From sequence record NC_041884.1: a DNA stretch of 64,000 nucleotides. One strand, given 5' to 3'. Below are positions 43,219-52,597 of this stretch, in pieces (positions within the stretch are counted from its first letter, which is position 1; every line of letters begins with the position of its first letter). The position numbers and the translations under genes were made by a program. Below the pieces are notes generated by a model. That model saw only the letters and a program-made list of their open reading frames with translations, was not told where the DNA came from and did no database searches.

Positions 43219-43343
43219 TGGCGTTGCCAACTGGGAGTCTAACCCTAATAGAACTTCAATATTATAACCATGTCTAGAATATTATAATATCGTCTACAGC
43301 CTTTCTCCTTCGAATGGAGCTGTGCTACGTACACTATGACAAC
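43219..43343 (-). tRNA. 125-nt atypical tRNA-Arg(UCG)-like RNA
   Basis: GTTGTCA/TGGCAAC acceptor + G + CCA, GTGT/GCAC D-stem, CTCC-ATTCGAA-GGAG arm extended by ACAGC/GCTGT, about 45-nt variable hairpin, TTAGACT T-loop. Confidence 0.6.
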
Positions 43344-43347
43344 ATTG

Positions 43348-43421
43348 TGGTCCAAAATCTGAGATTCGAACTCAGACGCAGGGTTTTAGGGACCCCTGTG
43401 CTACCATTACACCAATTCTGG
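43348..43421 (-). tRNA. tRNA with CUA anticodon (amber-suppressor type), C at position 33
   Basis: CCAGAAT/ATTTTGG + A + CCA; GGGGT-CCCTAAA-ACCCT anticodon arm; CTGAG-TTCGAAT-CTCAG. Confidence 0.8.
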
Positions 43422-43426
43422 AAAGG

Positions 43427-45167
43427 TTACTTCTCAGATGCAGCTAATATACCACAACAAAGAATTAAAGCTACAAACAAACTACCACCAAATTGGTAGA
43501 ATGGTGTAGCATAAGAAGGAGTAAAATAGTTCGTAAAAGCAATAGCAACAATAGCACTAATAACTACTAGTAAAACCATAGCTATGATTATGCCTACACC
43601 TATTAACATACCTTTAAGAAATTTCAATATGATTTTCATTTTGTTTTATCTGATCTAAAGTATCTTCTTCAGCTTGCATGTTTACAAATAATTTAATCTG
43701 TTTTTGAAATATATCTTTCATATCATTTGAAACATTTTTAAAGTTAGGAATTGCTACAGGTTCATCATTCCAAATAGAATTTTTATTTGACATAAGCTAA
43801 AGCCTTAGTGATTGTAGATAAATGCATCTCTTCTACTTTTAATTTTAATTGTTTAATATCTTTTATTTCGTTAAAGAATTTAGAACGAATACCAGTAAAA
43901 CTAAAAAGAGTTGTATCTTTAGTTGTTTTATCAATATGTACAAATCCAAAAGATGTTTGAGCTGTAAAACTTAAAGGAGATTCAATCCACTTTATTTTAA
44001 TAACTTGAGCCATATAACACCTAATTAACGATAGCTTATCATACCTAAAGATTTTAATTTTGAAATAATTGCACCTGAAGATCTTTTATGTAATCGAGCA
44101 ATTTCTTCGATACTAAGTTTTTTATTAACCCATTCATCTCTTAAGGCTTTAACTTCTATAGTAGTCCATTCTGAGTATCCTCTATAATCAAAGTAATGAT
44201 TATATTGAGTAACTTCTCTATCTCTTTTTCGAGTTTGCTCTGGACTAGAATACATAGTTGGATAGTAATGTATTTCAGTTTTAATTGGATCAGGTAATCT
44301 ATTTACTTTTCTATCTAATTCTTTTTTCAGCTCTTCTTTAAGTCTTTCTTCTGTTTCTAATAAGAGTTTTTTAAAGTTACATATAGTAATACTGAGGACT
44401 AGGAGGAAAATAGCTGTCATACCTACAACAGTAGCTATTAAATCATTCATACTTGATTCCAAAACAATAAGAAAGAAATATTAAAAAGACAAGGTAAAAA
44501 CCTATATTACATATAATTAATTGAATTATTAATGAGAAGTTAATCTTAGGAGCAGAATTAATCATACCTAGTGTACAAACACAACAACCTAGTAATGATA
44601 GATAATGAATTACTTCATACATATAAATTCTCTTTAAAGATGGATAGGACAGAAGGAAAGGTAAAACACGAAAAACAACAACACAGGAGATATGTAATCC
44701 TATCCATCTTTAAAGAGAACGTAAAGGAGTTTTAATGAGACTATTAATATTCTTCACCATCATCATTACTCTCCTTTAAATTTTCTTCTAATTCTTGAAT
44801 ACCTTCATTGATATGCTCTTCATCATCTAATTCATAATCTTTCTTAGAATTAGAATGAATCGAAGATTTATTAAAGGTATTCATATGCTTTGCTATAAAG
44901 TTATTTTTCATAAGGAATAAATTTCCAACGATCTAACTTTCCATAATATTGCAACTGATGATTCTCTAGAATATAGACAAAGCCAGAATCTTCTTTTTCA
45001 CATTTATTTAAAAAAGATTGAATAGTTTTTGAACTTATAACTTTAGAAGGAATCTTACAATAATGAGCATTGTCATAATAACGATAGAAATGTAATTGTG
45101 GTTTTGAATAAATAACTTCATCATAAACACAATCTAACATTTCACTAAATAAGACAAATTTAAACAT
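43427..45167 (-). other. cluster of small hypothetical and membrane genes
   Basis: ORFs 43427-43639, 43783-44013, 44025-44462 (C-terminal WT..E...L...H.RS.GAI..KL HTH-like), 44901-45167 and several peptides under 60 aa. Confidence 0.55.
44628..44719 (-). repeat. perfect 22-bp inverted repeat with a 48-nt loop
   Basis: TTCTCTTTAAAGATGGATAGGA at 44628-44649 and its complement at 44698-44719. Confidence 0.9.
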
Positions 45168-45822
45168 TTACATTACTCAGTTTTTCTATTTCATTCATAA
45201 CTCTACTAGGTGGAAGAGTTAGTACTAATTTAAAGTATTTTCTACAAGCTTTTAAAGTTTTAGGATGAATACTAAAATTCAATCTAGAAGCGAACCTATA
45301 GACTCTAAGAATTCTAAGATGATCTTCCAAAACCCTCTCTTCTGCTTTGCCATTAAAACGTATTACCTTATTGTTAAGATCATTCAACCCTTGTTTAGTT
45401 GGATCAAGTAATGTATTAGAAAATGGATCATAGTAGAGAGAATTAATAGTAATATCACGTCTAATAGAATCTGTTTCAATTGTTCCTATTGAAACAGTTT
45501 CAGGTCTTCTTCCGTCTGTATAAGTACCATCTTTACGGAACAAAGCAACTTCATATTGCTTTCCATGTTTAGAAGCAATTAACACTAAGAAAGACTTTCC
45601 AGCTTCATTAATATCCCAACCATTTTCTAGTAAAGATGATTCAATATTATCCAAGTTTCCATCTGTTACTAAATCAAAATCGTTAGGAATATCACCTAAT
45701 AATAAATCTCTAACACAACCACCAACTAAATATGTATTAGTGGAATGATTATTAATAATGAGAAAAAGTTGAAGAAGAGTTAAATCAGAGACAATAGGAC
45801 GAGTATTCATATTATTGACCAA
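45160..45822 (-). CDS. cca: tRNA nucleotidyltransferase (CCA-adding/poly(A) polymerase family), head domain only
   Basis: YLVGGCVRDLLLG..PNDFD, RRDITINSL, EDHLRILRVYRFASRL. Confidence 0.88.
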   Translation of the reverse strand: MVNNMNTRPIVSDLTLLQLFLIINNHSTNTYLVGGCVRDLLLGDIPNDFDLVTDGNLDNIESSLLENGWDINEAGKSFLVLIASKHGKQYEVALFRKDGTYTDGRRPETVSIGTIETDSIRRDITINSLYYDPFSNTLLDPTKQGLNDLNNKVIRFNGKAEERVLEDHLRILRVYRFASRLNFSIHPKTLKACRKYFKLVLTLPPSRVMNEIEKLSNVNV

Positions 45823-45891
45823 AAATTCCTAAGAGGGTATTACAAATACATAGTACTACTACAATAATACAGATATACTTTGCTGGCATTC

Positions 45892-46533
45892 TTAAACCTT
45901 TATGAAAAAACGTATAGTGCTATTACCTTGAGGATCTGGAGTCATCCAAAAATCTGCTTTTATATCAGGAAATAACTTAACAATTGCTTCTAAAATAGAT
46001 TTTGCTTTTTGATTACGAGCTTCAATATTTCTTATTTGAGAATCAGATGAAATACGTACATCCCACATGTTATATACATTATTCCAAACTAATTTAATCA
46101 GTCGTTCCGTATCTAAACCATAAAGATGAAATAGACTTACTAATTGATAACGAGTTACTTTTGCAAATTTATCTTCTTCTTGGTAAGTCCAAGGAGTAAC
46201 TGGAGAGAAAAATTGATAATGTTGTTTCTCACTAATACGATAATTACATTTAGATACATCTTTAACTAAAGTTAGTAGATTTTCAATGTCAATTGTATCG
46301 TAGTTAACTCTTTGTCGTAGTACTATTGGTTTAGACCGAACTTGTTCAATTTCAACAATTTTATAATAATTATCAAACATATGATAAAGTTTACATACAA
46401 ATTCAACATCGCCAATAGTAATAACATTAAGTTCAGATGTATTAATTACATATGAAGCTTTAATAATCCAAGTACCATCTTCACATTTAATTACACTTGA
46501 CATGCATTTAGAAGAGTATGAAAGACTACTCAT
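45892..46533 (-). CDS. hypothetical protein
   Basis: ORF track. Confidence 0.5.
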   Translation of the reverse strand: MSSLSYSSKCMSSVIKCEDGTWIIKASYVINTSELNVITIGDVEFVCKLYHMFDNYYKIVEIEQVRSKPIVLRQRVNYDTIDIENLLTLVKDVSKCNYRISEKQHYQFFSPVTPWTYQEEDKFAKVTRYQLVSLFHLYGLDTERLIKLVWNNVYNMWDVRISSDSQIRNIEARNQKAKSILEAIVKLFPDIKADFWMTPDPQGNSTIRFFIKV

Positions 46534-46852
46534 AAATTGATCCTGACTCTATTACAGTATAGAAGTTAATATACGTATATAAGTTAAAGTTTGGAGGGAA
46601 AGACTTGTAAGAATCAAAAAATTCAGATCCACCATTCCCCTCTACTTTAACTCTAAATTTATTTAACAAAGTATGTAATCTTTTTTCAATAATTGAAACT
46701 TCTTTACGTTTTGCATAAACCCACCAACCACCTGATATCACTTTTCCATGTATACGAGACAATTGTTTAACCCGTTTATCCAGATTCTTTGTAATACCAA
46801 TCTTAGTTAATTCTGGGTATTTTTCAAACATTAAGAAGTATAAAGTATACAT
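46526..46852 (-). CDS. GIY-YIG/T5orf172-domain nuclease
   Basis: LYF...TKIGITK...RV...IEKRLH...GGSEFF. Confidence 0.75.
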   Translation of the reverse strand: MYTLYFLMFEKYPELTKIGITKNLDKRVKQLSRIHGKVISGGWWVYAKRKEVSIIEKRLHTLLNKFRVKVEGNGGSEFFDSYKSFPPNFNLYTYINFYTVIESGSIYE

Positions 46853-46853
46853 A

Positions 46854-49069
46854 TTAATAACCTAAGTCTTTAAATATTTTTCCTGAATCATAATCTTGAG
46901 CATCAAAATATTGTTTGCACTCTTTATGAAACTCTTTAAAATTTTGAAGAGTAGTATGTATTGGATTAAGTACAGTAAGAAGAGAAAGAACTGTTTGAAA
47001 TTTAATTGTTTTAAAATTTAAAAGAGAGAGAAGTTGATTCACTTTCTTAAGGTCTTTCTCTTCACCATTCATTAAATCTTCAACAAACAGAATAATTAAA
47101 TATATTACTTGATCAGTTGTATATACTTCTTCTAATTGATTTAAAAGTGATGATCTTTTTCTTACAGATTTATTATCGTAATACAGTGAGTCCATATACA
47201 TAGCTTCACTGTACGTTAACTCTATAGGAATATGAGAAAATTTACTCATACAGTTACTCACTATCTGAAACAATACCTATTAAAAATTCTATAGGAATTT
47301 GTTCAATGGTTTTTGAACGATTTTTTAAAACTACTAAAGCTTTTTCTTGATTAGCTGTTATAAGCAAACCTTGTAAACCCTTATGTAAGCCATTATAAGG
47401 ACGAACTAAAGCAACTAATTGATGCCCATAAATATCTTTTAATTTCATTTAATAGATTGATACCACTTAGCTATTTTACCAGTGTGCCATAAATAATAAA
47501 TGATTAAAGATAGAATGCCTGCACCACATAAAGTACAAATCATTCCTACAGTAACAACACTATACAATAAATATGTATGTTCTTGAGATACTGGGGCTTT
47601 CTTATCAGCAAGAATAAATCCAATTGAAAGTAAGCTTACAACAAGAAGAAATAATATAAACATTATTCAACTCCTTTAAATATTTTAAAACTATCTAGAA
47701 TTAACAAAGATTCTGAAGGAATACTAAATTCAGTAAACTCAATTCGATTTTCTTTGAAATATTCATAAGTGGACATGAAATTGTTTAAGACAATCCAAGC
47801 AGAGTAAAAACTATCTGCACTTCCAAAATGATCAACATAATGCTGAAAGTAATGAAAGAAAAACTTATTATCATCAACAGTTAATGGAAGCTTTAAAGTA
47901 TTTAAAGGTACTTGAAGATTGTTTAAAGATTCGTATAAAGACGTATAGACATCAATAAGTTGTCTATACGTCTTATCTACGACTAATACACTTAAAGTGA
48001 CATTAATCATCTACAGCCTTTTTCTTTTTACACTTACCTGTAAAGTTATTAAGCTTACTATCATGAACATATTCAAGTGCAACTTCACCACCTTTATGTA
48101 CAAAGGTAGCAACTTTACGGAATGGAGCTACTTTTTCAAACTTCTTGATACGTGCGTAAGCTTTAGCAGCTGAACGAGTAACAGGAATTGGTTGAGAATA
48201 AGTATTAGCTACTTGTGAAAAATGTTCTACAGATTTAATAACAATTACTTGACCTTTACTATTTAAGTAAGGAACAAAAGTCATTGCATTACGTAACGAC
48301 TCTTTAACCCAGCCAAGTTTTGCTACAGGTTTAGTACGAATTTTACGAGAAGCAACACCAGCTAATGCTGTTACTGCTTGTTGATCGTTAGGGTGAGCCT
48401 TAAGATGCTTGGCTAATTTACGCTTAGCATTCTTAGAGAAATTACCTTTCATTGCATATGAAGTAAATTTTGCTTTACGGCCAGCACCAGGCTTAAGTTT
48501 AGACATTTCTTTAATCCTTTTTTGGAAATTAATTGAAATAAAAAGAGAAATACACAGAGAAGTTTTAATTAGTCTTCAGAATTATCAATCACAATTGAAG
48601 CATAGTAATCTAAGCGACTATTGATCTCACTAATACTTTGAGCTAATACAGTTAATTTAAACATTAGTTATCCTTTAATAACACTTGTCATTTTTACATT
48701 TAATTCTACTTCAACCACATCATGATTTTCATAATAATGTACTAGTTGACGTAGAACAGGTTCAGGGATTGTTTCAAATACTCGTTCCTTAAATGTAGGA
48801 ACTTGAGGAGTATATGTTTGATCTTTTGTTTTAGGAATTTCTTTAATAGGTGTCTTAGTTTTCTTAGCAAAAACATCTTTTGAAGAAAGCAACTCTTTAG
48901 TCAATGGAACAATTCCATTGATATGATCTTTATAACGTTCCCAGCGACCTTTATTATAAAGTTCATAACTATCTTTTTCTCTTTGACGAAAAATAGTTAC
49001 AGTGTTCTTCTTTTGATTAAAGCGAACATGTGTAGAAGTCTCAGGAATAAATGTGTTACTTAAATTCAT
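46854..49069 (-). other. six hypothetical genes including a very basic protein (48003-48506)
   Basis: coupled ORFs. Confidence 0.55.
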
Positions 49070-49076
49070 TTTAGAA

Positions 49077-50522
49077 TTACTCTTTAACTAATGCATAACG
49101 ATCTACTAATAGCGTTTCTTTCATAATAGCTTCAGGTGAAAACTCATCTAAAGTATTAGAACAAACTGCTTTTAATAGAGAAGGAGAAAAGCTAGATAAT
49201 AAACAAGCACCTGATTCATCATATTTAACAGGAAAGTTATTATTAGAAGGAGTGTTAAGAACCCAAAAGATTAATTTAGGACATTTTAATCCTGCTTCTT
49301 TAAACTTAACTTGAGCATCAACATATGCTGAGCTTTCACGAGAATTAAAATTAAACTGAGTGTCACTGAAGAAAACTAAATATTCAGGTAATTGATCTGA
49401 AGAAATATTATTAGAAACTACTAGATCTAATAGTAGTTTAAAGACACCTTCAACATTTGTACTATAACCAACTTGACTTTGAGCAATAAGATCATAACGC
49501 TCTTTTAAAGTTTTACAATCTTTGAGATCAACAAAAGAAGGATGATCTGCAAATGTAGTTACAAGGTTTTTAAATGGACCTTCAATACGTTCACTGATGT
49601 AAGCACCTAAAGTAATTGCAATATGTTTATATGTTGCATTACCTACAGCAGGAGCTTCCATTGAACCACTTAAATCAACTACAGGAAGAATCGATAAACC
49701 TTCTTTAATTAAATTAGGAAAGCTATTCCACTGAGCTTCTACAACAGGATTAGGTTCGAAATAAGGAGAATAACGAGACCCTAATATTGAATAAACTTCA
49801 GAAATTTCATGAAGAAATAATGTAGACGAATTTAAAGTTGCAGTTCCCTCACTCACTTTATTAATAAAATCATTAAAACGATCTGAGTCTTTAGACAAGA
49901 ATGTATTTTTATAACGATTAAAAGCTTTAGAAGGAACTGTACTATAATCTATTTCAGCGATACGATGCTCACACAATAAACGTTCAGTAACTTTAGCTCG
50001 TAAAGGGACAATTAACTGTCTTAATTCTTTAGGAGTGACCTTAAGATAAGAACGTAACATAGATGCAACATTGCCTTTCAAAGGTAACCACTTTGCAACT
50101 AATATCTGAGTTTCAGGATTTTTCAAATGTTCAGCTAATAGTCGAATAATCTTTTTCTTAATACGAAGATCAACATCACATTCTACTAAATTAAATAAAT
50201 CAGGATAATACCCTAACTCTACAATTTTAGATAAAAGATTAGTTTTTAAAAATACATCAATATCTATATGAGCTAAATGAATCATACAGAGATTAAATGA
50301 ATTACGAATACCTTTACCTTGTCTAATATCACGAGAATTCAAAAGATTACGAATTGCTAAATCTTTGTCTTCTAGATAAGCTTTTCGAAAATCTAAAATA
50401 GCTTCTTGAGAATAGTTAGGATCACCTAATTTAACAAAGAAATCTAAATTATGAGAAGCAGTACTAGAATAAGCTACTGCCCCATTAGTGGTTTGTGTTT
50501 TTAAAGCTGTTGCTGCAAACAT
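49077..50522 (-). CDS. DUF2828 / TROVE-like protein with a C-terminal vWA domain
   Basis: TTNGAVAYSST, RDIRQGKG.R, AKWLP, VDLSGSM (MIDAS), TNVEGVF, FSDTQFN, IFWVL. Confidence 0.85.
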   Translation of the reverse strand: MFAATALKTQTTNGAVAYSSTASHNLDFFVKLGDPNYSQEAILDFRKAYLEDKDLAIRNLLNSRDIRQGKGIRNSFNLCMIHLAHIDIDVFLKTNLLSKIVELGYYPDLFNLVECDVDLRIKKKIIRLLAEHLKNPETQILVAKWLPLKGNVASMLRSYLKVTPKELRQLIVPLRAKVTERLLCEHRIAEIDYSTVPSKAFNRYKNTFLSKDSDRFNDFINKVSEGTATLNSSTLFLHEISEVYSILGSRYSPYFEPNPVVEAQWNSFPNLIKEGLSILPVVDLSGSMEAPAVGNATYKHIAITLGAYISERIEGPFKNLVTTFADHPSFVDLKDCKTLKERYDLIAQSQVGYSTNVEGVFKLLLDLVVSNNISSDQLPEYLVFFSDTQFNFNSRESSAYVDAQVKFKEAGLKCPKLIFWVLNTPSNNNFPVKYDESGACLLSSFSPSLLKAVCSNTLDEFSPEAIMKETLLVDRYALVKE

Positions 50523-50537
50523 TATGTTATTACCTAA

Positions 50538-50978
50538 TTATCGAATACGTTTATGAAAAGATATAAAATCAGGATCATCTATAAAACGTTTAAACATTTT
50601 TAGATTATATTCTGAAAAAGGAGAAGAGGAAGGGTTGGTTAATTGTTCAGGAGTTACATACTCTACCTTAGCTCCTTCTTTATTCACAAAAGGAAGTTTT
50701 GGTAAGTCTTTAACAACACCATCATATACATAAGTTAATGTATCATACTCACCATCCCAATCTTGGAATAGAAACATTAATTTTGTAGGATCTAACTCAA
50801 TACCTACTTCTTCACGAACTTCACGAACAAGTCCTTGAATTAATGTTTCTTCTTCCTCTGCCTTACCACCTGGAAGTCCTAATAAATTATGATTGTCTTT
50901 ACGTGATACTGATAACACCTTAGAACCAGTTTCTGGATCAGGGTAGAGTAAGAGTATAGCTTGTTTTAAATCTTTCAT
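50538..50978 (-). CDS. NUDIX hydrolase
   Basis: GLPGGKAEEEETLIQGLVREVREEVG. Confidence 0.9.
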   Translation of the reverse strand: MKDLKQAILLLYPDPETGSKVLSVSRKDNHNLLGLPGGKAEEEETLIQGLVREVREEVGIELDPTKLMFLFQDWDGEYDTLTYVYDGVVKDLPKLPFVNKEGAKVEYVTPEQLTNPSSSPFSEYNLKMFKRFIDDPDFISFHKRIR

Positions 50979-50996
50979 TACGAGCTTCCTATAAGC

Positions 50997-52097
50997 TTAG
51001 AGAGCATATGCTGATTGGTTTGTTAAAAAACTTTTATACATTGGTTGAATAAGGAATTTAAGTCCTTGATGAATAATTGTAATTTCACGTGTCATTGGAT
51101 TTTGACTAATTTCACTATTCATGTGAGTAATATATACATCAAATGCTTGATCACCTAATTCTTCATCAGTTGAGTATGGGTTCCATTCATTACGATGTTT
51201 ATTTAAAAACTCTAATAAACATGAAGAATTAGCTACAAAATCAGCAGGATCATATTCAGAATTAGTATTAAGATTAAACGCTCGAATATTAAATTCAATA
51301 GTGTCATTATTCAATTGAGTTTTAATATTAAGAATTTCAGTTAAACTTGCAATTGACTCTTCAGGATACTGATTCATTTCTTTAATTAATACAGATAACA
51401 TATCAATATTAAATTTAGAGAACTTTCCTACAAATTCCAATACTTCACTAGTACGTGATTGATCTTCTAAGTTATCTTTCATGTACTCTTTAAGTAGTTC
51501 AATATCTAATGATTTGAACTCAATATTAAAATAAACACGACCAGGACGATTGCTAAAGTACTCTAAATGGTGACCATATAAAGTTGTATTAGCAGTCATT
51601 AAGAATAAAGTATGTTGAGGCCATGTACCATCTAATAAGCTTAACATAGAATTACGAGGTTCAGCTTCCATGTATACTTTTTCAAATTCATCAATCACTA
51701 CAATTTTATCTTGAGTAATACTTTGAAGGAATTGATTAAATGTAGAACCAGCATAAGGTTGATCAACAATTAAGACAATTCCTTGATGAGATTCTACAAA
51801 GTTAATACAAATACGTTTAAGTAATAAGCTCTTACCACTTCCTTTTTCACCTACAAAGGCAGCAGATGTAGCTTTGTCTTGACGTTCAAAGTATGTATCT
51901 AAGATACGACCAGCCCAACGATCTGATTTTCCATATACTTTATGGTAAATAGTAAAAGGATTTGTAGGGCTTAAGAAGAATTGTTTAACTTGGTCATCCC
52001 ATTGAACAGAATAATAACCAGCTGGAATAACAGGTACAATAAACTTTGCTAGATTTTCAGCAACATAATAACCATTAGGTTTATTTAAATAAGACAT
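50997..52097 (-). CDS. AAA+ ATPase
   Basis: GEKGSGKS, IDEFEK, LSLLDG, NRPGR. Confidence 0.88.
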   Translation of the reverse strand: MSYLNKPNGYYVAENLAKFIVPVIPAGYYSVQWDDQVKQFFLSPTNPFTIYHKVYGKSDRWAGRILDTYFERQDKATSAAFVGEKGSGKSLLLKRICINFVESHQGIVLIVDQPYAGSTFNQFLQSITQDKIVVIDEFEKVYMEAEPRNSMLSLLDGTWPQHTLFLMTANTTLYGHHLEYFSNRPGRVYFNIEFKSLDIELLKEYMKDNLEDQSRTSEVLEFVGKFSKFNIDMLSVLIKEMNQYPEESIASLTEILNIKTQLNNDTIEFNIRAFNLNTNSEYDPADFVANSSCLLEFLNKHRNEWNPYSTDEELGDQAFDVYITHMNSEISQNPMTREITIIHQGLKFLIQPMYKSFLTNQSAYAL

Positions 52098-52597
52098 TAT
52101 AAAAGTCCTTGTCTGATTTCATTTCGAATTTGCATTAATACTTCACCAAGAAGATTACGACCATTCCATTGAGAAGGATCTGTAGCTCTTGGATCATCTT
52201 CTTCTAAACCAACGCCCCAAATCTTATCATTAGGATTACATTCAACTAAGGTTAGTTCTTTAGTTGCTAATAAGTAGTCACGATACTTAGGAATAGTATA
52301 TTTTTGACGATTAATTTCTAGCATATAGTTATAACGAACTTGTTCCCAAGATGCATCATTATAATTAGATACTTTACGACCGAGTTGCTTAGCTTGGATT
52401 GGCTGTAACTGAGTATTTTCTAAAAGCTTCATTGTAGCTTTATCATTAAAATGAAGAGCTTTAGCATACATAAAAGCATTTTCTGTATATAAAAATGTAA
52501 CACCTTTATATTCAAAACCAGCAAAAGCAAAATTACTAAATGGGCCTCTTAAAAAGAGTAAGTAATTATCTTTAATTGTACATTGAGGAATATTCAT
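52097..52597 (-). CDS. NADAR (YbiA-like) family protein
   Basis: FSNF, E.AFMYAKA, AKQLGRKV, LVECNPNDKIWGVG, WNGRNLLGEVLM. Confidence 0.92.
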   Translation of the reverse strand: MNIPQCTIKDNYLLFLRGPFSNFAFAGFEYKGVTFLYTENAFMYAKALHFNDKATMKLLENTQLQPIQAKQLGRKVSNYNDASWEQVRYNYMLEINRQKYTIPKYRDYLLATKELTLVECNPNDKIWGVGLEEDDPRATDPSQWNGRNLLGEVLMQIRNEIRQGLL

